Shown: positions 37,116 to 49,842, counted from the first letter of the stretch. The stretch is 64,000 nt of DNA from Neoechinorhynchus agilis (GCA_051530055.1 CM121341.1:10642784-10706783); one strand, 5' to 3'. Program-made: numbers and translations. The notes: generated from the letters alone by a model not told the origin.

Positions 37116-38489
37116 GAAATGTCAAACTCAGCCAGTTTATCGACTCAGGGTGAGCGCTGTGTTCTATTTTTAAGTTTGGCTTTATGCCTAAAAATAAGCC
37201 GGACAAAGGGATAAACTAAAATTTAAAGATGATAAACAAAGGTCGATTGAATATTTCTGTTTACAAACTATCGCGGTTTTTAAGCTCAGTTTTATAAAGC
37301 AGTCGATTTGCTATTTCAAACGGCTGCAACTACCTTTATTTCAAATAAAAAATCTAAAATTATTCGAAATGCAAGGGAAAGAGATAGTAGGTTATTTTGT
37401 TCAACAAACGTTGATTAAATAACGAAACAAATCATAAAAGCATCAAAATTCGTAGAGTATAGAATAGTCTTTGAACTTTTGGTGTTCTGCAATTGTATCA
37501 TTTTGGGAACTATGAAAAAGCAATAATATTTTTAACCCTTTTTCCGTGCATGTTTATGCGATTTAAGCCTTCGGGAAAAAATAGAATTTAAATCATATCT
37601 TCAATTTTTTTCACTTTGCAAAAATGCGTATTTTTAACCAGATTTAAAAACTTATCTTCCAAGAACGGTTATCGGCGTTAAAAGTACATTTCAAGGAGCA
37701 GAACGGTAAAGATGGAAGGAAATTAGAGTTGCTTGATCAATAGAAAAAGGTGACCGATATCTTCATTTATTTTTTAGAAAATCAATGCTAAACCAACATT
37801 CAAATTATCTTCACCCTCAAAAGATTACTTATTTAAAAATATAAATGTGAAATCGGAGAAATGTGTGCATTAAAATCAATCGGAATGTGTTCTCAGCTAT
37901 CGAACACAAATTGTATTTTCGGCGTCTTAAATTGTTCTTCAATCACCCATTTAAAGGCAATTTTATTTAGGGATACTTTGATCACTGTCGTTCTCAGGAT
38001 GAGGTTCATCTTGAACAGGACCATGTTCTAATGTTGAAGTATCTTTTTCTGGTTTCAATCTTGATTTATTTGACTCATTTACATTCTGGCCAAAAACAAC
38101 AGCTTTCGATTTGTTTCGCAGTGAACAGGAATGTTATTTAAAGTCTTCAAGCAATTTTATAAAAGATTTTTTACAAAGCGAATATAATCCTCTTTGTCAG
38201 CTTAAAAAATTGGCTTGAATCGATGTATCGGTGTGATTTGTTAACATAAAATCGCTAATGTTCCAAAAACGATTGACCGCTGGGCTCTGAATGGACGAAA
38301 CGCCGAAAATGAAAGATTGACTAACAAAAATAAGAAGCATTTGTATTAATGCTTAATGTCCACTTTTTACTGCTTCCTATATTTAATTTTTATTAAGAAG
38401 GCTTTTATAATTGTTACGCAGGGTACGTTTTCCCTAAACAGTTTTTTATAAATTCTGTATTTATGATCGAGAAAGATAGTTAGATTTCT

Positions 38490-40400
38490 TTGGTTACAAA
38501 AGTTCGAATTATACTCGTGGTGGAAATAATAGCACATTCGATTTATTGGAAATATTTCGTGAGTTAACCTCGCCTCATCAGTCATCTAAAAATATGATTT
38601 TCACATTCAGGTTTTAAGCTCGAGTGCGCGGGATGGCCAAACCCGAAGTTCGATGCCAATTATCCGCTCGAACCCCCTGCGTTATACTACGTTTTTTCCA
38701 TGATTTTTAGTATTGCTTTTTAGCACGTTGCTGGCTGAAAGTTTCAAGCTAAAATTCGCTTTATTTCCTTCCATTGTGTTGGACACAGCGATGTGTAAGG
38801 CCTCCAAAACAAGCCGTTTTTTAAGTTTTACTCTATTTCTATAAAATTGGTGCCGCCAAAATCCCCTCGATGCTTACATGTCGTTTGATGATTAGAGATT
38901 ATCGACGAATGCTCAAATCGACTACAGGTTTCCTTATGTTGAGCGACCCTCTTCTTGATGTCCTGTGTCGTTTCTCCCATTTAGACTCTATCACGATGTT
39001 CACACTGCATTCTATAGATCCCACGAATCGGCTCAATTTTACCCTTCCTCTTGAATGTGCTTCTCAGAGCGATTCCTTTAGTATTGGATAGACAAATTCC
39101 AACCCTCCTTCTCATAACGGAATAAATCATTTGATTCGTGTCATCATCAACGAAGTGCACTCTTTCGAAGCATACAGGCTCGGCAGACGATTTTTGGTTG
39201 TTATGCGGATGGTAGTTACTGTCTGGGATATCTTATTATTTTCAGCTCCTGTGCTATCCTTTCCCTACTCCATGCAAATCGAGCAGATGACATAAGAGAA
39301 ACTCTCCGGGAGTACGAAGTGACAGCCGAGATTACATGCCTCATCGGTTTTTGAATTGACCAGTGTGGTGGTCCGCATGGTAGGTTCTCCTTGCGATAAA
39401 GTGAAGTGCTAACTTTGCCCTGTGCAGAACGATTGAAAAGGACGTCCAGGAACGAGATCTCACCCTTGATGTTCTCTTCATTGACTGTCCATTGCATGTG
39501 TGGATCGTGACTGTTAAGTTCAGCATTTAGTGAATCTCCGTTGTTGTATGAATCAGTCAAAAGAAATACATCGTCCACATAACGCCACTACCGATTAACA
39601 TGACTATGAAGCTCCAAGAAAATAGTCTCCGAATCCCGTATGAAGATGTCAGCGAAGGTCGGGCTAATGACGATACCATGGCTACACCATCTTTTTGATC
39701 GTGGAAAGGATCCTCAAATTCAAGGCAGCCATCCATGTGCACCATTGAATTAGTGAATAACAAGTTGCCAGGTCCAAACTTGGTCTACTGCAATTCTTAG
39801 CTAGTAAATTAGCCGATAATCGATCGTTTTAATCAGCGGGACATTGGTGAACATTGAGTTTACATCGGCCGTAAACATCCTGTAGAGCTTAACGTTAATT
39901 TTCCTGATCTCATTCGCAAACGTGTGTCCATCCTTGATGTGTGAGGAGGAAATGCTTAAAATCAATCGTAATAAAGCATTCATCATTTTGGATAGGCGAT
40001 GATTGAAAGAAATATAACTGGCTATAATTGAACGGTATTGCAGGATGGGTTTGTGAATCTTCGGGAGGAGATAGAGAAACGCACATTTAGTCGATGATGA
40101 TCGTGTCATGTTGTAAAATTGAGGACTGATCAGAGACCGGTTCACCAAATTCCTGAGGAAACCGTTAAGTTTAGTTTCTCTGCTTCTCGTGGGATCTCTA
40201 GCCAACCTCTCAAATTTGTGCGAGTTAAGAAGATCCAAAGCCCTGTTTTGATAACCTTCCATGCCCACAGCTACTAAAGCACGTCCTTTGTCGGATGAGG
40301 CGAGGTTACATCGCGAAATATCTCCAATAAATCAAATATGCTATTACCGGGAGGATTTTCACCAAAATTGTACTTTGACTTACCCGATGGATTTTCTATC
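38490..40400 (-). mobile_element. PLE P1 RT fragment (39045-40295) between inverted family-B termini
   Basis: Same RT as 26163-27435; hammerheads at 38581-38552 (minus) and 40292-40320 (plus, core damaged at the junction). Confidence 0.8.
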
Positions 40401-40789
40401 GATGATCTTCCTCTTATGTTTGCTGTTAAAATTGTCGGAGTACTTAAAATGGTTAAAAATAGAACTCCGTTCAATTCAAATATCGTGAATAAAATTGGAA
40501 ATGAAGATGTTTCAAGATTATATGATGAAAATCTCCTCCGCTAAACTGATCCACTTAACACCTCTATGTTTTTAAAAACAATAATCGTGATCGATTGTAA
40601 ATATCGTAATGTGTTTGACTGGTTTTGGTGATCAGCACAAACAGTTCTTTAAATAATCAGGTAATTGATGACTTTTCAGTTTAAGCATCCTGAAAAATAT
40701 CAACCTTTTCGTCGATTTTAGTGATTCTATTATCATGCATTTTATTCTGATAAAAAGTTAATTATTTAAGAATTATTGTATGTCGAGTA

Positions 40790-41070
40790 TTTTATAACTG
40801 ATGATGAGCCCGACGAGGTTCGAAACGTCTTTAATAAATTATCAATTAATAATTATTCTTTTGGTCTTCACTCAGTAAATAATTTTTTATTAAAAACCTT
40901 TCCAAGCTCATCGAGTTCATCATCAGTTTGCTTGTAAGTTTTCTCAACTGTGAATGGGAGTTAAAAAAACTAACAAACAAACTGTTGATGAACTCGACGA
41001 GGTTCGAAACATTTTAATAAAAGAATATTTACCAGGTGAAGACTTAAAGAATAACCCCAGTACCTCACAT
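40790..41070. repeat. Three family-D minimal hammerhead termini (+, -, +)
   Basis: CTGATGA-T-GAGC..GTTC-GAA-ACGT-C at 40798; inverted pair 40855-41055. Confidence 0.75.
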
Positions 41071-41582
41071 ATCGACATTTTTATATTATTTGTTTTCACA
41101 ATTTTTATAATTACGATTCTTAATCTCGGGTTATTGCATTCAATCGATACCGACAGGTGAATTAATAAGGCTCCTGCCACAGAATTTGGATGCATTTTAA
41201 AGCATCTATTAAGCAAGAGTAATATAATTAACTCTGATGTGAGAGCGGACATTGATTAGTGGCGTGGGAAAAGAATTTGTTTGATGGTCTTCGCCAGTGA
41301 ATTCGCACACTTAAATTAGCCTGTCGAAAAATCTTTATATTAAATTCTTTTCTCGATAAGACGCTTTTATATTGCCTTTAATTAAATCAACAGGGGATTA
41401 GATACTGTATATTATATTACCTGTATTTTCTGATAAATGAGTGTCGGTTATTTTCTTTGAAAAATATAAGCAAACCAGAGTTAATATTCTACAAAAACAG
41501 GCATTTTTTAATTCTTTTTTTAAAATCGTACAAAAAGTATTGACAAGTAATATGGAGTTTTTGTTTTTAAAGCAAGCGCCAT

Positions 41583-42326
41583 TCAGCATCTTCTTATTCT
41601 TCCTTTCGAAACAGTTTTCTTTGGTTTAGATTCGAGTGGTTGAATGCAAGGCGAGAATGGATGATAATCTGAGAAACAAAGAGTACAGTAACTAATTCCG
41701 CATGATCGATATCCACATTGTCCACGTTGATGATCCATGTCCTCCAAAGACCTCCGCCTGCATTTTGGACATCTCCAACATCTATAGTTGCGGTCTGAAT
41801 GTAAAGTGCCGATTAGATTAAAATCAATTTGTTCAATCTCATTGCTCTTCTTTTTCTTTTTTACTGGCACGCAATTATGAAGCGTCGACGAGAGAACCGG
41901 TGCGTCGATATTTCGCTTCCGTTTTTTGCCTTTTGGTCCAACATTTTCCTTGTTTTCATTGTCGATAATTTGGTGTTCTGGTTCTTTAGGTACCCTCCAT
42001 TTTCTCTTTCTCGACCGTTGAGCAGTACAGTTTTCTTGGCAGATTTTCTTTTGAAACATTTGAGAAATATATTCCGGTGGAGGAATAGTAGGAAGAGACA
42101 TTCTTTGTCGACGACTAAGTTTAGATACAGGTTTAAACTCTTGCAAGTCATCAGCTGTTCCTAGCGAATCGCGTTGACCTCGTTTTCTTGCAGTAGTTTC
42201 TCGAGATATTCCGTGTCTTACGACAAGAGCAAATAATTCTTTGGATGAATCGAAATCCACTGTGTTCATTGATCTAAGGTTCACAAGGTTCATTTTAGTA
42301 GGTAATAAGAAAGTGCGATAGACCAT
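41583..42326 (-). CDS. Emi1/Emi2 (FBXO5/FBXO43)-like APC/C inhibitor: KEN box, C-terminal zinc-binding region, RL-like tail
   Basis: CPKC..RGQCGYRSCGISYCTLCFSDYH..C, then basic tail ending RIRRC; NKEN motif; no clear F-box. Confidence 0.6.
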   Translation of the reverse strand: MVYRTFLLPTKMNLVNLRSMNTVDFDSSKELFALVVRHGISRETTARKRGQRDSLGTADDLQEFKPVSKLSRRQRMSLPTIPPPEYISQMFQKKICQENCTAQRSRKRKWRVPKEPEHQIIDNENKENVGPKGKKRKRNIDAPVLSSTLHNCVPVKKKKKSNEIEQIDFNLIGTLHSDRNYRCWRCPKCRRRSLEDMDHQRGQCGYRSCGISYCTLCFSDYHPFSPCIQPLESKPKKTVSKGRIRRC

Positions 42327-43479
42327 TAGCTTGGGATATCTACCTGCAGCGATGCGCGTTTGCTGCAGCCAATCAGAATGCGAGAAGATACATAAAAGCC
42401 TAATTAAGTCGTATTAACTGCTTGGAATTGGAATATTTTTGCGGTGCATTTAAGTGGTATATTAAGATTGTGCATTAGGAATTAAGACACTGCTGTTAAT
42501 TTCCCAGGTATGCATTTGAAGCAAATTATTTAATCTTCTTAGCTCTAAAACTCCTATCTTAAATAATGCTCAGTCAAGTACTAACTGACATGTGAACATT
42601 GAATGATATCTTTGGCTCGTGGGCAGCACTATCATTTTGCATTATTCCTCAAGCAAAAAAGACGGTAAACGGGTGTCAAATTATGATCATGTTATGCGAT
42701 CATCCATTCATTGTCAAGCGACATAAAGAACACGCCCCATTGTTTTCGTCGAAGGTAAAGAATTGCTTTGAACCGTGTGAAATTTCGCAGGTAATCGCTA
42801 CGTAGGATCATAAATTTACGATGAAAGATTATTTATCCGATTTTTTACAATTCTTTTTCGCAATCTGTATTTACTTTAATTATGCGATTATTTATACCTG
42901 CATGCCGCGATGATATCAAGGAATTGACCTTTCTAAAAATCAATTGATTTGTTAACTTTTTATGAACAATTTTCGTTGACCGAAAAAAACTGTCAAGGAA
43001 AATCGAAAATATTTAACACCACGAAATATTTAGTTAACTAATTTGGACATAATTGCTCGAATCTTTGACACCTTGTGATGATGTAATCGATTCGGCGAGT
43101 TGAGGAAAATTTAATCATTGAGACAATTGGTTTTTGATTAAATATCTTGCTGTTTTTTGCACCCAAGTAATAAAGGTGCACAATAAAATTAACTGATCGC
43201 TGATTACCACTCACTGTTTACCTTTGCAACCCTGTTATATTTTATATGAATTTACTTCTGAGCCGATTTATCTGCAACGATTTCATTTGAGTGAGGTTTA
43301 AAATGCGAAATTTATTGTGGTCAACATAAACCAAAGAATCATGTCCCTTTGGAACTTCGGTGTGATTCATGAGAGGATAAATGGAACGATGATCAGTCAC
43401 GAAATCGATATGGAGGAAAACCGATTCTCAAGATAAAAATATATCACTGAAAAGTTAACTAGTGACGTTTTAAAGCTGT

Positions 43480-43910
43480 TGTGATGATCGAGAATCAATT
43501 TCTGGATTGTCCACAAAAGCGCGCCTACACTTAGGCGAATCCTGACGATAACTGGACATCATGAAACGCCGGAAACATGTCCAGCACCGTTGATGTGTAC
43601 GCAACAGGAAAATCCGTGGGCATAAATGACCGACAATATTCGATTTGCAATTGAAGCAAAGTAGTCTACGAGATTACCTGCGAACGATATTTAGCGCTGA
43701 CAATGCCAAGGACCCGGTGGAACTTTCTATCGCCGATGCACTAATATCCCGGGCGGTTGGAAGGGGAAGTCGTTTCTGAAGACAATGCGAGGGGTAGTTC
43801 TGGGCATCAATTCGACAATGCTTCAGAACTGTTCAAAAGTCGGGATGAACTTTCTGCTTCGATGTCGCTACGAGGAAGCCGTAAGACGGCGAAAGCTCAA
43901 AAATAAATAT
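43480..43910 (+). mobile_element. Decayed PLE 3' fragment with family-C hammerhead remnant
   Basis: Similar to 27437-27740 (PVELSIADALI); GCCGT-AAG-ACGGC-GAA-AGCT-C at 43878-43898. Confidence 0.6.
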
Positions 43911-43992
43911 TTTTCTTTATCATTACAATAGCCCGCCCAAGTGTCCATTTAAAACACTTGATAAAATAGCACGGAAAATCTGGCGGTCTTTA

Positions 43993-45917
43993 CTATTGAA
44001 AGATTTTACACAATGCTTTGTTTGTATGATAGCGTCTCTTATATTTTAGTGAACATTTCGCAGATTTCAAAACGTCAATGGTTAGTTCATCTTTGGACCG
44101 CAGAACCATTTTGCCCTTCTTACCAAACGGTCCTTCAATCACAGTCACTTGACCGTTATCCAAAAAAACATTCATTCCTGAAAATGCCTGGACTGCTTGA
44201 TCATTGGCAAACATGCCGGCTGCAATGGCCGTATTCTTCGAAGTCAATCTTTCGATATATCCACTTCGTTCGTATTCATTGAAAACTCTAACTGCTTCTA
44301 AGGGTTCATCGTTGCTGGTATTTTCTTGCCATCCAAGAAATAATCGTCCATGAAAAGCTAGTCGGCACACATTTGACTTTAAGTCTGAGTCGAGCTTCGA
44401 TGCAAATAGCAGAGCATTTGTCGGACAAAATATAGGGTCGTTTAAGTGCTGCTCGACGGTCACATTCAAAGATTAGTACAATTTGCAAAAAGCCAATTCT
44501 TGTAAAGGGATTTGGGTTTAAAAATGGATTTATTGTTTACGGCATAAACTAAATAAGATAAAAATTTGAATATATATCACCGTACTAATATTTTGATTTC
44601 TGGCAAAAATTATCAATGTAGCACTACCGTCCAATCGATAAGACCGTCAATAACGCCAGAAGTATAAATAAGCTACCTTCTGATGTTGGATCGATCTCTT
44701 TCAATAACAAATGGTCGTGATTCAGTAGACACTCATTGCAGTGAAACATTGCTAATATTTTACAGATAACGGTAGTGTAGGCAACGGATAAATGAAGCTT
44801 CTGTCCGACTTGAATTTTCCTTTTGAAGAACTCAACAAGGTTAGCCGATGCGAGGATAAACTTAAATTTTTTGACGAAACCCATCTCGCAGGCGATAGAT
44901 CTTTCAATGTTAATGTCTGACTTTTTTAATTGCACTGATATTCCTGCTCGATCGCCTTGTATTATTTTATTGACGGGTTCGTGGAATACTTGAATTGATC
45001 GAATCTTACAGGGCGCTGAGTCTATCTGCGGCAATTGTATTTTTGAACCAGCACTGGTTTGTCCGGATATGACTGTTCCGGTTAATATCATGCCTTGGCC
45101 CTTAGACTGAAAGCAGTGGTCTAGTGCAGAGATTGGGAAGGAAAACAATGGATCATTATAAAAGTTACAGAAAGATCCGTGCGAGGTAAATGTGCAACAA
45201 AATGTAGGATATCCGCCGGAGAATTGATTTCGTTACAGAACAAAAGAATAGCTAATTTGCACGAATGGAATTCATCGTCTATAATCCATATACCTCCCAA
45301 TCTCTGTTCTTTATATAAAATAAGAAAGGGTCATCGGCACTTCTCTGCGGAACATAAGCGAGCTTTACAATAGCATCCTTCAAGCTTTGAACTATCATGT
45401 TTTTCGCAGAAACTTTCACAATCTCAGCACGTTCAAAAGAAGATCGTTTCTCGAGAATCAGCCGGACCTTCTTCTCCAATTTATTGACTGCAGTGTCCGC
45501 ACATAAATCAACTTTATTTAAAGCAACAATAAGTCTTTTGTTGCATGCGATTTCCCCAATTACCATACATTCACCGGTCTGAGTTTGAAATCCTTCTACG
45601 GAATCGATGACAAGAATCATCATATCGATTATTTGCGCTCCTCCAATAATCGTTCGAATCAACGAAGCATGGCCTGGACAATCGACTAGACTAAATCGAA
45701 CTTTAGTGCATATGCATGATAAATTAGGTGGTGCCGGTTCCGTGAATGATGAGAATCCTAAGTCAAGTGTGATGCCACGGGCCTGACTTTGGGGATCACG
45801 GTCAAATGAAGCCGTGCTTTCACAAGTGCTCAAAACCCGGCATAATGAGGTTTTCCCACTGTCTACGTGGCCAAGTACACCAACGTTTAAGTTTAAACAT
45901 TTTTCTTGAGTCGACAT
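43993..45917 (-). CDS. EEFSEC: Selenocysteine-specific elongation factor, ~508 aa; segments 45917-45312, 45121-44651, 44442-43993
   Basis: GHVDSGKT, RGITLDLGF, DCPGHASLIRTIIGGA, NKVD, DHCF..GQG..TGT, CRLAFHG, GPFGKKGK. Confidence 0.92.
44443..44652. other. 208-nt TTA/TA-bounded, inverted-repeat insertion in eEFSec
   Basis: TA at 44443-44444 and 44651-44652; arms GACGGTC / GACCGTC; removal gives FILLALNDPIFCP. A canonical GT-AG alternative is 4 aa longer. Confidence 0.55.
45122..45313. other. 190-nt TA-bounded, inverted-repeat insertion in eEFSec
   Basis: TA at 45122-45123 and 45312-45313; perfect 12-bp arms CAGAGATTGGGA; removal gives DDPFLFYIDHCF. Confidence 0.85.
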
Positions 45918-46589
45918 TTTGAATCTGAAAAAGCAAAGGGCGATATTATGCAATGGTCTCTAGCATTTTCCTTCAGATTAATGGAACTTCGAATCCAATA
46001 GTTTATCATTATTAATCGAAGTATTTTCCAGTTCATTTCTATACATGGATAGTAATTCGAGAAGCAAATTTAAAAACACAGTTGTATGATCTTTAAGATA
46101 ACTCAGAGCCACCAAAAGGCTAGTAAGCGTAATATCGCAAATTCCAAACACAAGTAAAACAGTAATGTAAATGTCAGCAACATCAAACAAATTAAAACGC
46201 ATAATTCGAGTAATCAATCTTGATAAAAGTAGTTTGAGAGAAGAATGAACTTGCTAAATGTTACATTTTTCAGTTTGGCATTGCGACGAAATTTGTGCGT
46301 TTAACAAAGTAATTTCTCACCAAAAACTGCTAAAATCGTCTTTCGATGGATTATAACGAGCGACAATCGAGCTTTCTCTCAGGCATAAGAAGTACTATGG
46401 ATGTTTGCCCTAGAAACGATTGTCATCAGATTTACGAAGCTTATTATTATAAAATCTAGTAACAGTGACCCTGATTGGTGCCAACAAAATGTGGATACTT
46501 CGATTCTTGACTGCGATAAAATCAACCACCCGCACGACTTTTAATAGATTCTTTTTCCAAACACTCAAAGCACAGGCCTAAAAGGTGAA

Positions 46590-47539
46590 TCAGTTGAGTA
46601 ACAAGAGTGAACGATGTACTAACAGTTTCTCGTAATCCATCATCTCCCATTTTGACTCGACGACGCCTTCGTTCACTTCACTTTGAATTTCTCCGGATTC
46701 TTGTTGGCTCATGATGCCATATTGGTATCGGGCGAACGAGCGACAATCCCGATAAAAAAGTAAAGTCATTGCTCGTTTAATAAGTTCGATTGCTTCCTCA
46801 CGAGAAGGGAGTGCACTTTCATCGATTTGTTGCCGGATCCATGGCTAAGGATTTGATGATTTTGAGAGACCGAGATAAAAACACAGACCATTATAAGATA
46901 CGAGCCAAGCCCACGAGCGATTACGGACTCCTCATAAGCAGTCCCGCGATCGTTAACAGATCCAAGAAACGGTTTACCACGTTGGTCGATACCAGCTATA
47001 AGTACGTTCAACAGAAGAGGATTAAATTGTGATCGGTGGTAGTAAAGAACGGATGAAATCCATCCATAAATGGAACGAGCGGACAAATCCCCGTTTTCAG
47101 TGCAGTCGCTCTGAGTAACCAAATTGTCAAGCTCTTCACTTAAGTTCTGGAAATCCGCGAAATCACCGCCGACCGCCAGCATCGTTTTATCGTTCACAAT
47201 CTTAACTCGGCTAAGAGAACGAAATCTCGCTAGAGATCCATATGAACCAAGAGTATCGGCTGCTACAATTACCCCACCGTTGAATAGAAGACCGACTACG
47301 GACGTCCCAGTTACCGTAGGAGTTCTAAATCGCTCACAACGACAAAACTTACGAATAAATGCGACTTACAAAGTCCTAGCGATTGTTCCACAGACTTGAG
47401 ACTTGCTTCCCTTCTTGGTCAAAGGTGATTTATAGACGCAAGATGACATCAAATCCATTCCAAATGAAACTGTTCCAACAAATTTTGACTGCGGAAAATA
47501 CGTCGGGGGAAGCGTTGCATCGAATTCTTTCCCTGTCAT
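46590..47539 (-). CDS. PSMB4: Proteasome subunit beta type-4; GT-AG introns 47369-47325 (45 nt) and 46888-46845 (44 nt)
   Basis: VTGTSV..GGVIVAADTLGSYGSLARF..GGDFADFQ..YRDCRSFARY. Confidence 0.93.
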
Positions 47540-47569
47540 GTGATGTAGACGCTCGTTGTCATTCACGGC

Positions 47570-47690
47570 GAAAGTGAATGTGATGAGTTCCGCTACCTCA
47601 GTAGGTATCTGAGAATCCGGACCTGGATGAGTACAAACTCTTAACTGTTGTTGATCGGAGTTTATGTGGTCATATCACTTTTCTGTTGTA
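47570..47690 (+). mobile_element. Degenerate family-A SINE 3' part just upstream of PSMB4
   Basis: GTGATGAGTTCC..AGGTATCTGAGAATCC..GTACAAACTCTTAAC..TATGTGGTCATATCACTT. Confidence 0.65.
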
Positions 47691-47899
47691 AAAGATAAAA
47701 TTCGGCCGCTGAAAGTGCTAAAATAAATCATAATAAAAATATATGATAACTTTACAACGCCAGGAGCGAGAATTTTATAAAAAAATGTTACTTATTGTAA
47801 AACTCTCAAATCTGAGCTCTATACAAAAATTATGAAAACTTAAAGGATTGACCGAACAGGTGCGCATCATGCGAAATCGATCAAAGAAGCGATTTAAGG

Positions 47900-49030
47900 G
47901 TTAATGATGTGAACGGAATTTTCGCGCAAAACGGTTATGGAGATTTTGAAAATTGATCTGAACGCAACGTCGAGCTAAATCGATGGACGAACTTTTGAGG
48001 AAGAAGCAAAAGAATGGCGATGCCTTACCGATCCTGAGGATCCCATTTGTTAGCGACAAATTTACGAGCAACATCAAGAAACTTTTAAGAGATAGGACTG
48101 AAGGTTCCATTAGTCCACAGGAGTGCTCCAACATTACGTCGTGGATCCTAACAAGGACAACGCACCACAACGTTGCCACATGCAGGCGGCAAGGCCGAAG
48201 GTCGCATGTATCCGGATGTCGTTTGAACAAGACACGCACAGGAACATATCCGGGTGTATTTATGCGCTGAACCAAAACACGGCCTCCTACGGGTCGACAC
48301 CATGGGCCAAACACCACTTTTAAAGTTCCATCCAGGAGATCAAGGAGTGAGTCTATGGAATCGGAATCGTCGCCATAAAGGGCTACTGCTACGAAATCGA
48401 CGCCATAAAATGCTACTGCCACGGAATTGTAATTTTATAAGGCAACTGATACGAAACCAAAATATATGTAAATGTCGATATGTGAAGAGATACCGGGCTA
48501 TATGATTGGAATTATTGTTTAGAAGTCTTCACACCCGGTAAATGATTATTTCGATTAAAAACGTTCTGCAAATCTCGTCGGGTTCATCATCAGTTCTAAA
48601 ATACAAGTGGTTAAATGGTTATTCTGCTCTCGCGCGCGCTTATAGTTGATTGTGTTGTTTCATTTTTTAGCTGTGCAGGCAGAGCTTCATTCATGTCCGG
48701 TTTCTCTTCTTTGATTAAGAAGGCTTCCTTGATTAAGCGCCGAAATTTATTGCGTTCACTTGCTAAAATCATTGTTTTGACGAAATTGACCATTGGCCAG
48801 TTTGCACCTCGTGTCGTGCAATATTCGACGCTACCACCTTGTGAGTCGTGGACCGTTTATGTTGACAGAAAAAGCCTCGTTAAATCCAGAGACGAACAAG
48901 AAAACGACGAGAGCTATCGTGCTTGTAGCCCTTTAAATAAAAGTATATTTAGAATTATCGGCGTTAATTTAAGTTTCCGCGGAGCATTGTTAAAATTGGA
49001 AGAGTTTGTTGCTTTAACTCGTTGAATCGC
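47900..49030. mobile_element. Oppositely oriented PLE fragments with a family-D terminus (hammerhead-like on minus, ~48596-48560)
   Basis: Plus: LRIPFVSDKF..ISGCIYAL; minus: ILASERNKFRRLIKEAFLI, then CTGATGATGAACCCGACGAG. Confidence 0.65.
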
Positions 49031-49842
49031 CAGCATATAAATCGGAAAGGCAATTTAAAAAGATATTTTGTAAATAAATCTGAAGTCTTAGCAGATTTGG
49101 TATTTTCAACGAGAGGCTCAGAGAATTTAGAGCTATGTTGTTTCGAACAACATTAAACCAATTGAGGTTCTTTGGACATATACAAAGTTAACAAACAACT
49201 GAAATAAATGCGATAGAGCATTAAGTATCTTTTAATAAAGTGCAAATGGAAATTGTCCCTTCGTATCAAAGACGAACGTTAAACCTTAGAACCTCAATGG
49301 TCTCTATTTTCCCATTCATGATAATTGGAAGACTACCAACTCCTTTTGATTGCAAGGAAGAAGAATGGAAGGCTCAATCGTATTGGGGTTCGAAGACACG
49401 AGTACCCGAAACGATAAAACCAATGAGATTTTATGAAACAATTTCTTTTATATAGGAAACGCAATTAGTCTTGTAATAATGAGCATCGATGATTGAATTA
49501 AGTCAAAGGGTGAGCCGATCGTTTTGGATCAAAATCAGTTAATCATTTTTGCGACTCACAAGGATGTTCTTATCGGGTTCGATCACATGAATTAATTCCA
49601 CGCTAAGAGCAATATTCAGTGATAGTCGTAAGAAGGCGGAGCACGGACCAGAAAGGTCAAAGAAGAACTATCGTCGTTTTCGCTTAAGCTAATAAAGTTA
49701 GAAAAATCGGTGATGGGCTAATATCAAAAGCAACCTGTTTGCAAAAGAGTTGATTCCTTCGATAGATAAGTGCAGTTTATGTTAGGTTTCAGCTCTAGGA
49801 GTTTATCCCAAAAAGAACGTTTATTTGTTACTTCTGATACAA

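Larger units (their letters stand above)
28797..38232 (+). repeat. Segmental duplication copy 2, with a LINE insertion and an extra SINE
   Basis: Collinear with 13790-19712 once 29116-32285 and ~36847-37111 are removed. Confidence 0.9.

Noticed and set aside
42600-43480. Possible gene fragments between the Emi1-like gene and eEFSec
   Set aside because: Short open frames with no recognisable motif or consistent splice pattern
701-45313. Fritillaria-type AG..AC/AT reading of the inserts
   Set aside because: In frame for EFL1, one eEFSec and one ARPC1 insert only, and adds or loses residues in two; the TA rule fits all seven. Not fully excluded without cDNA
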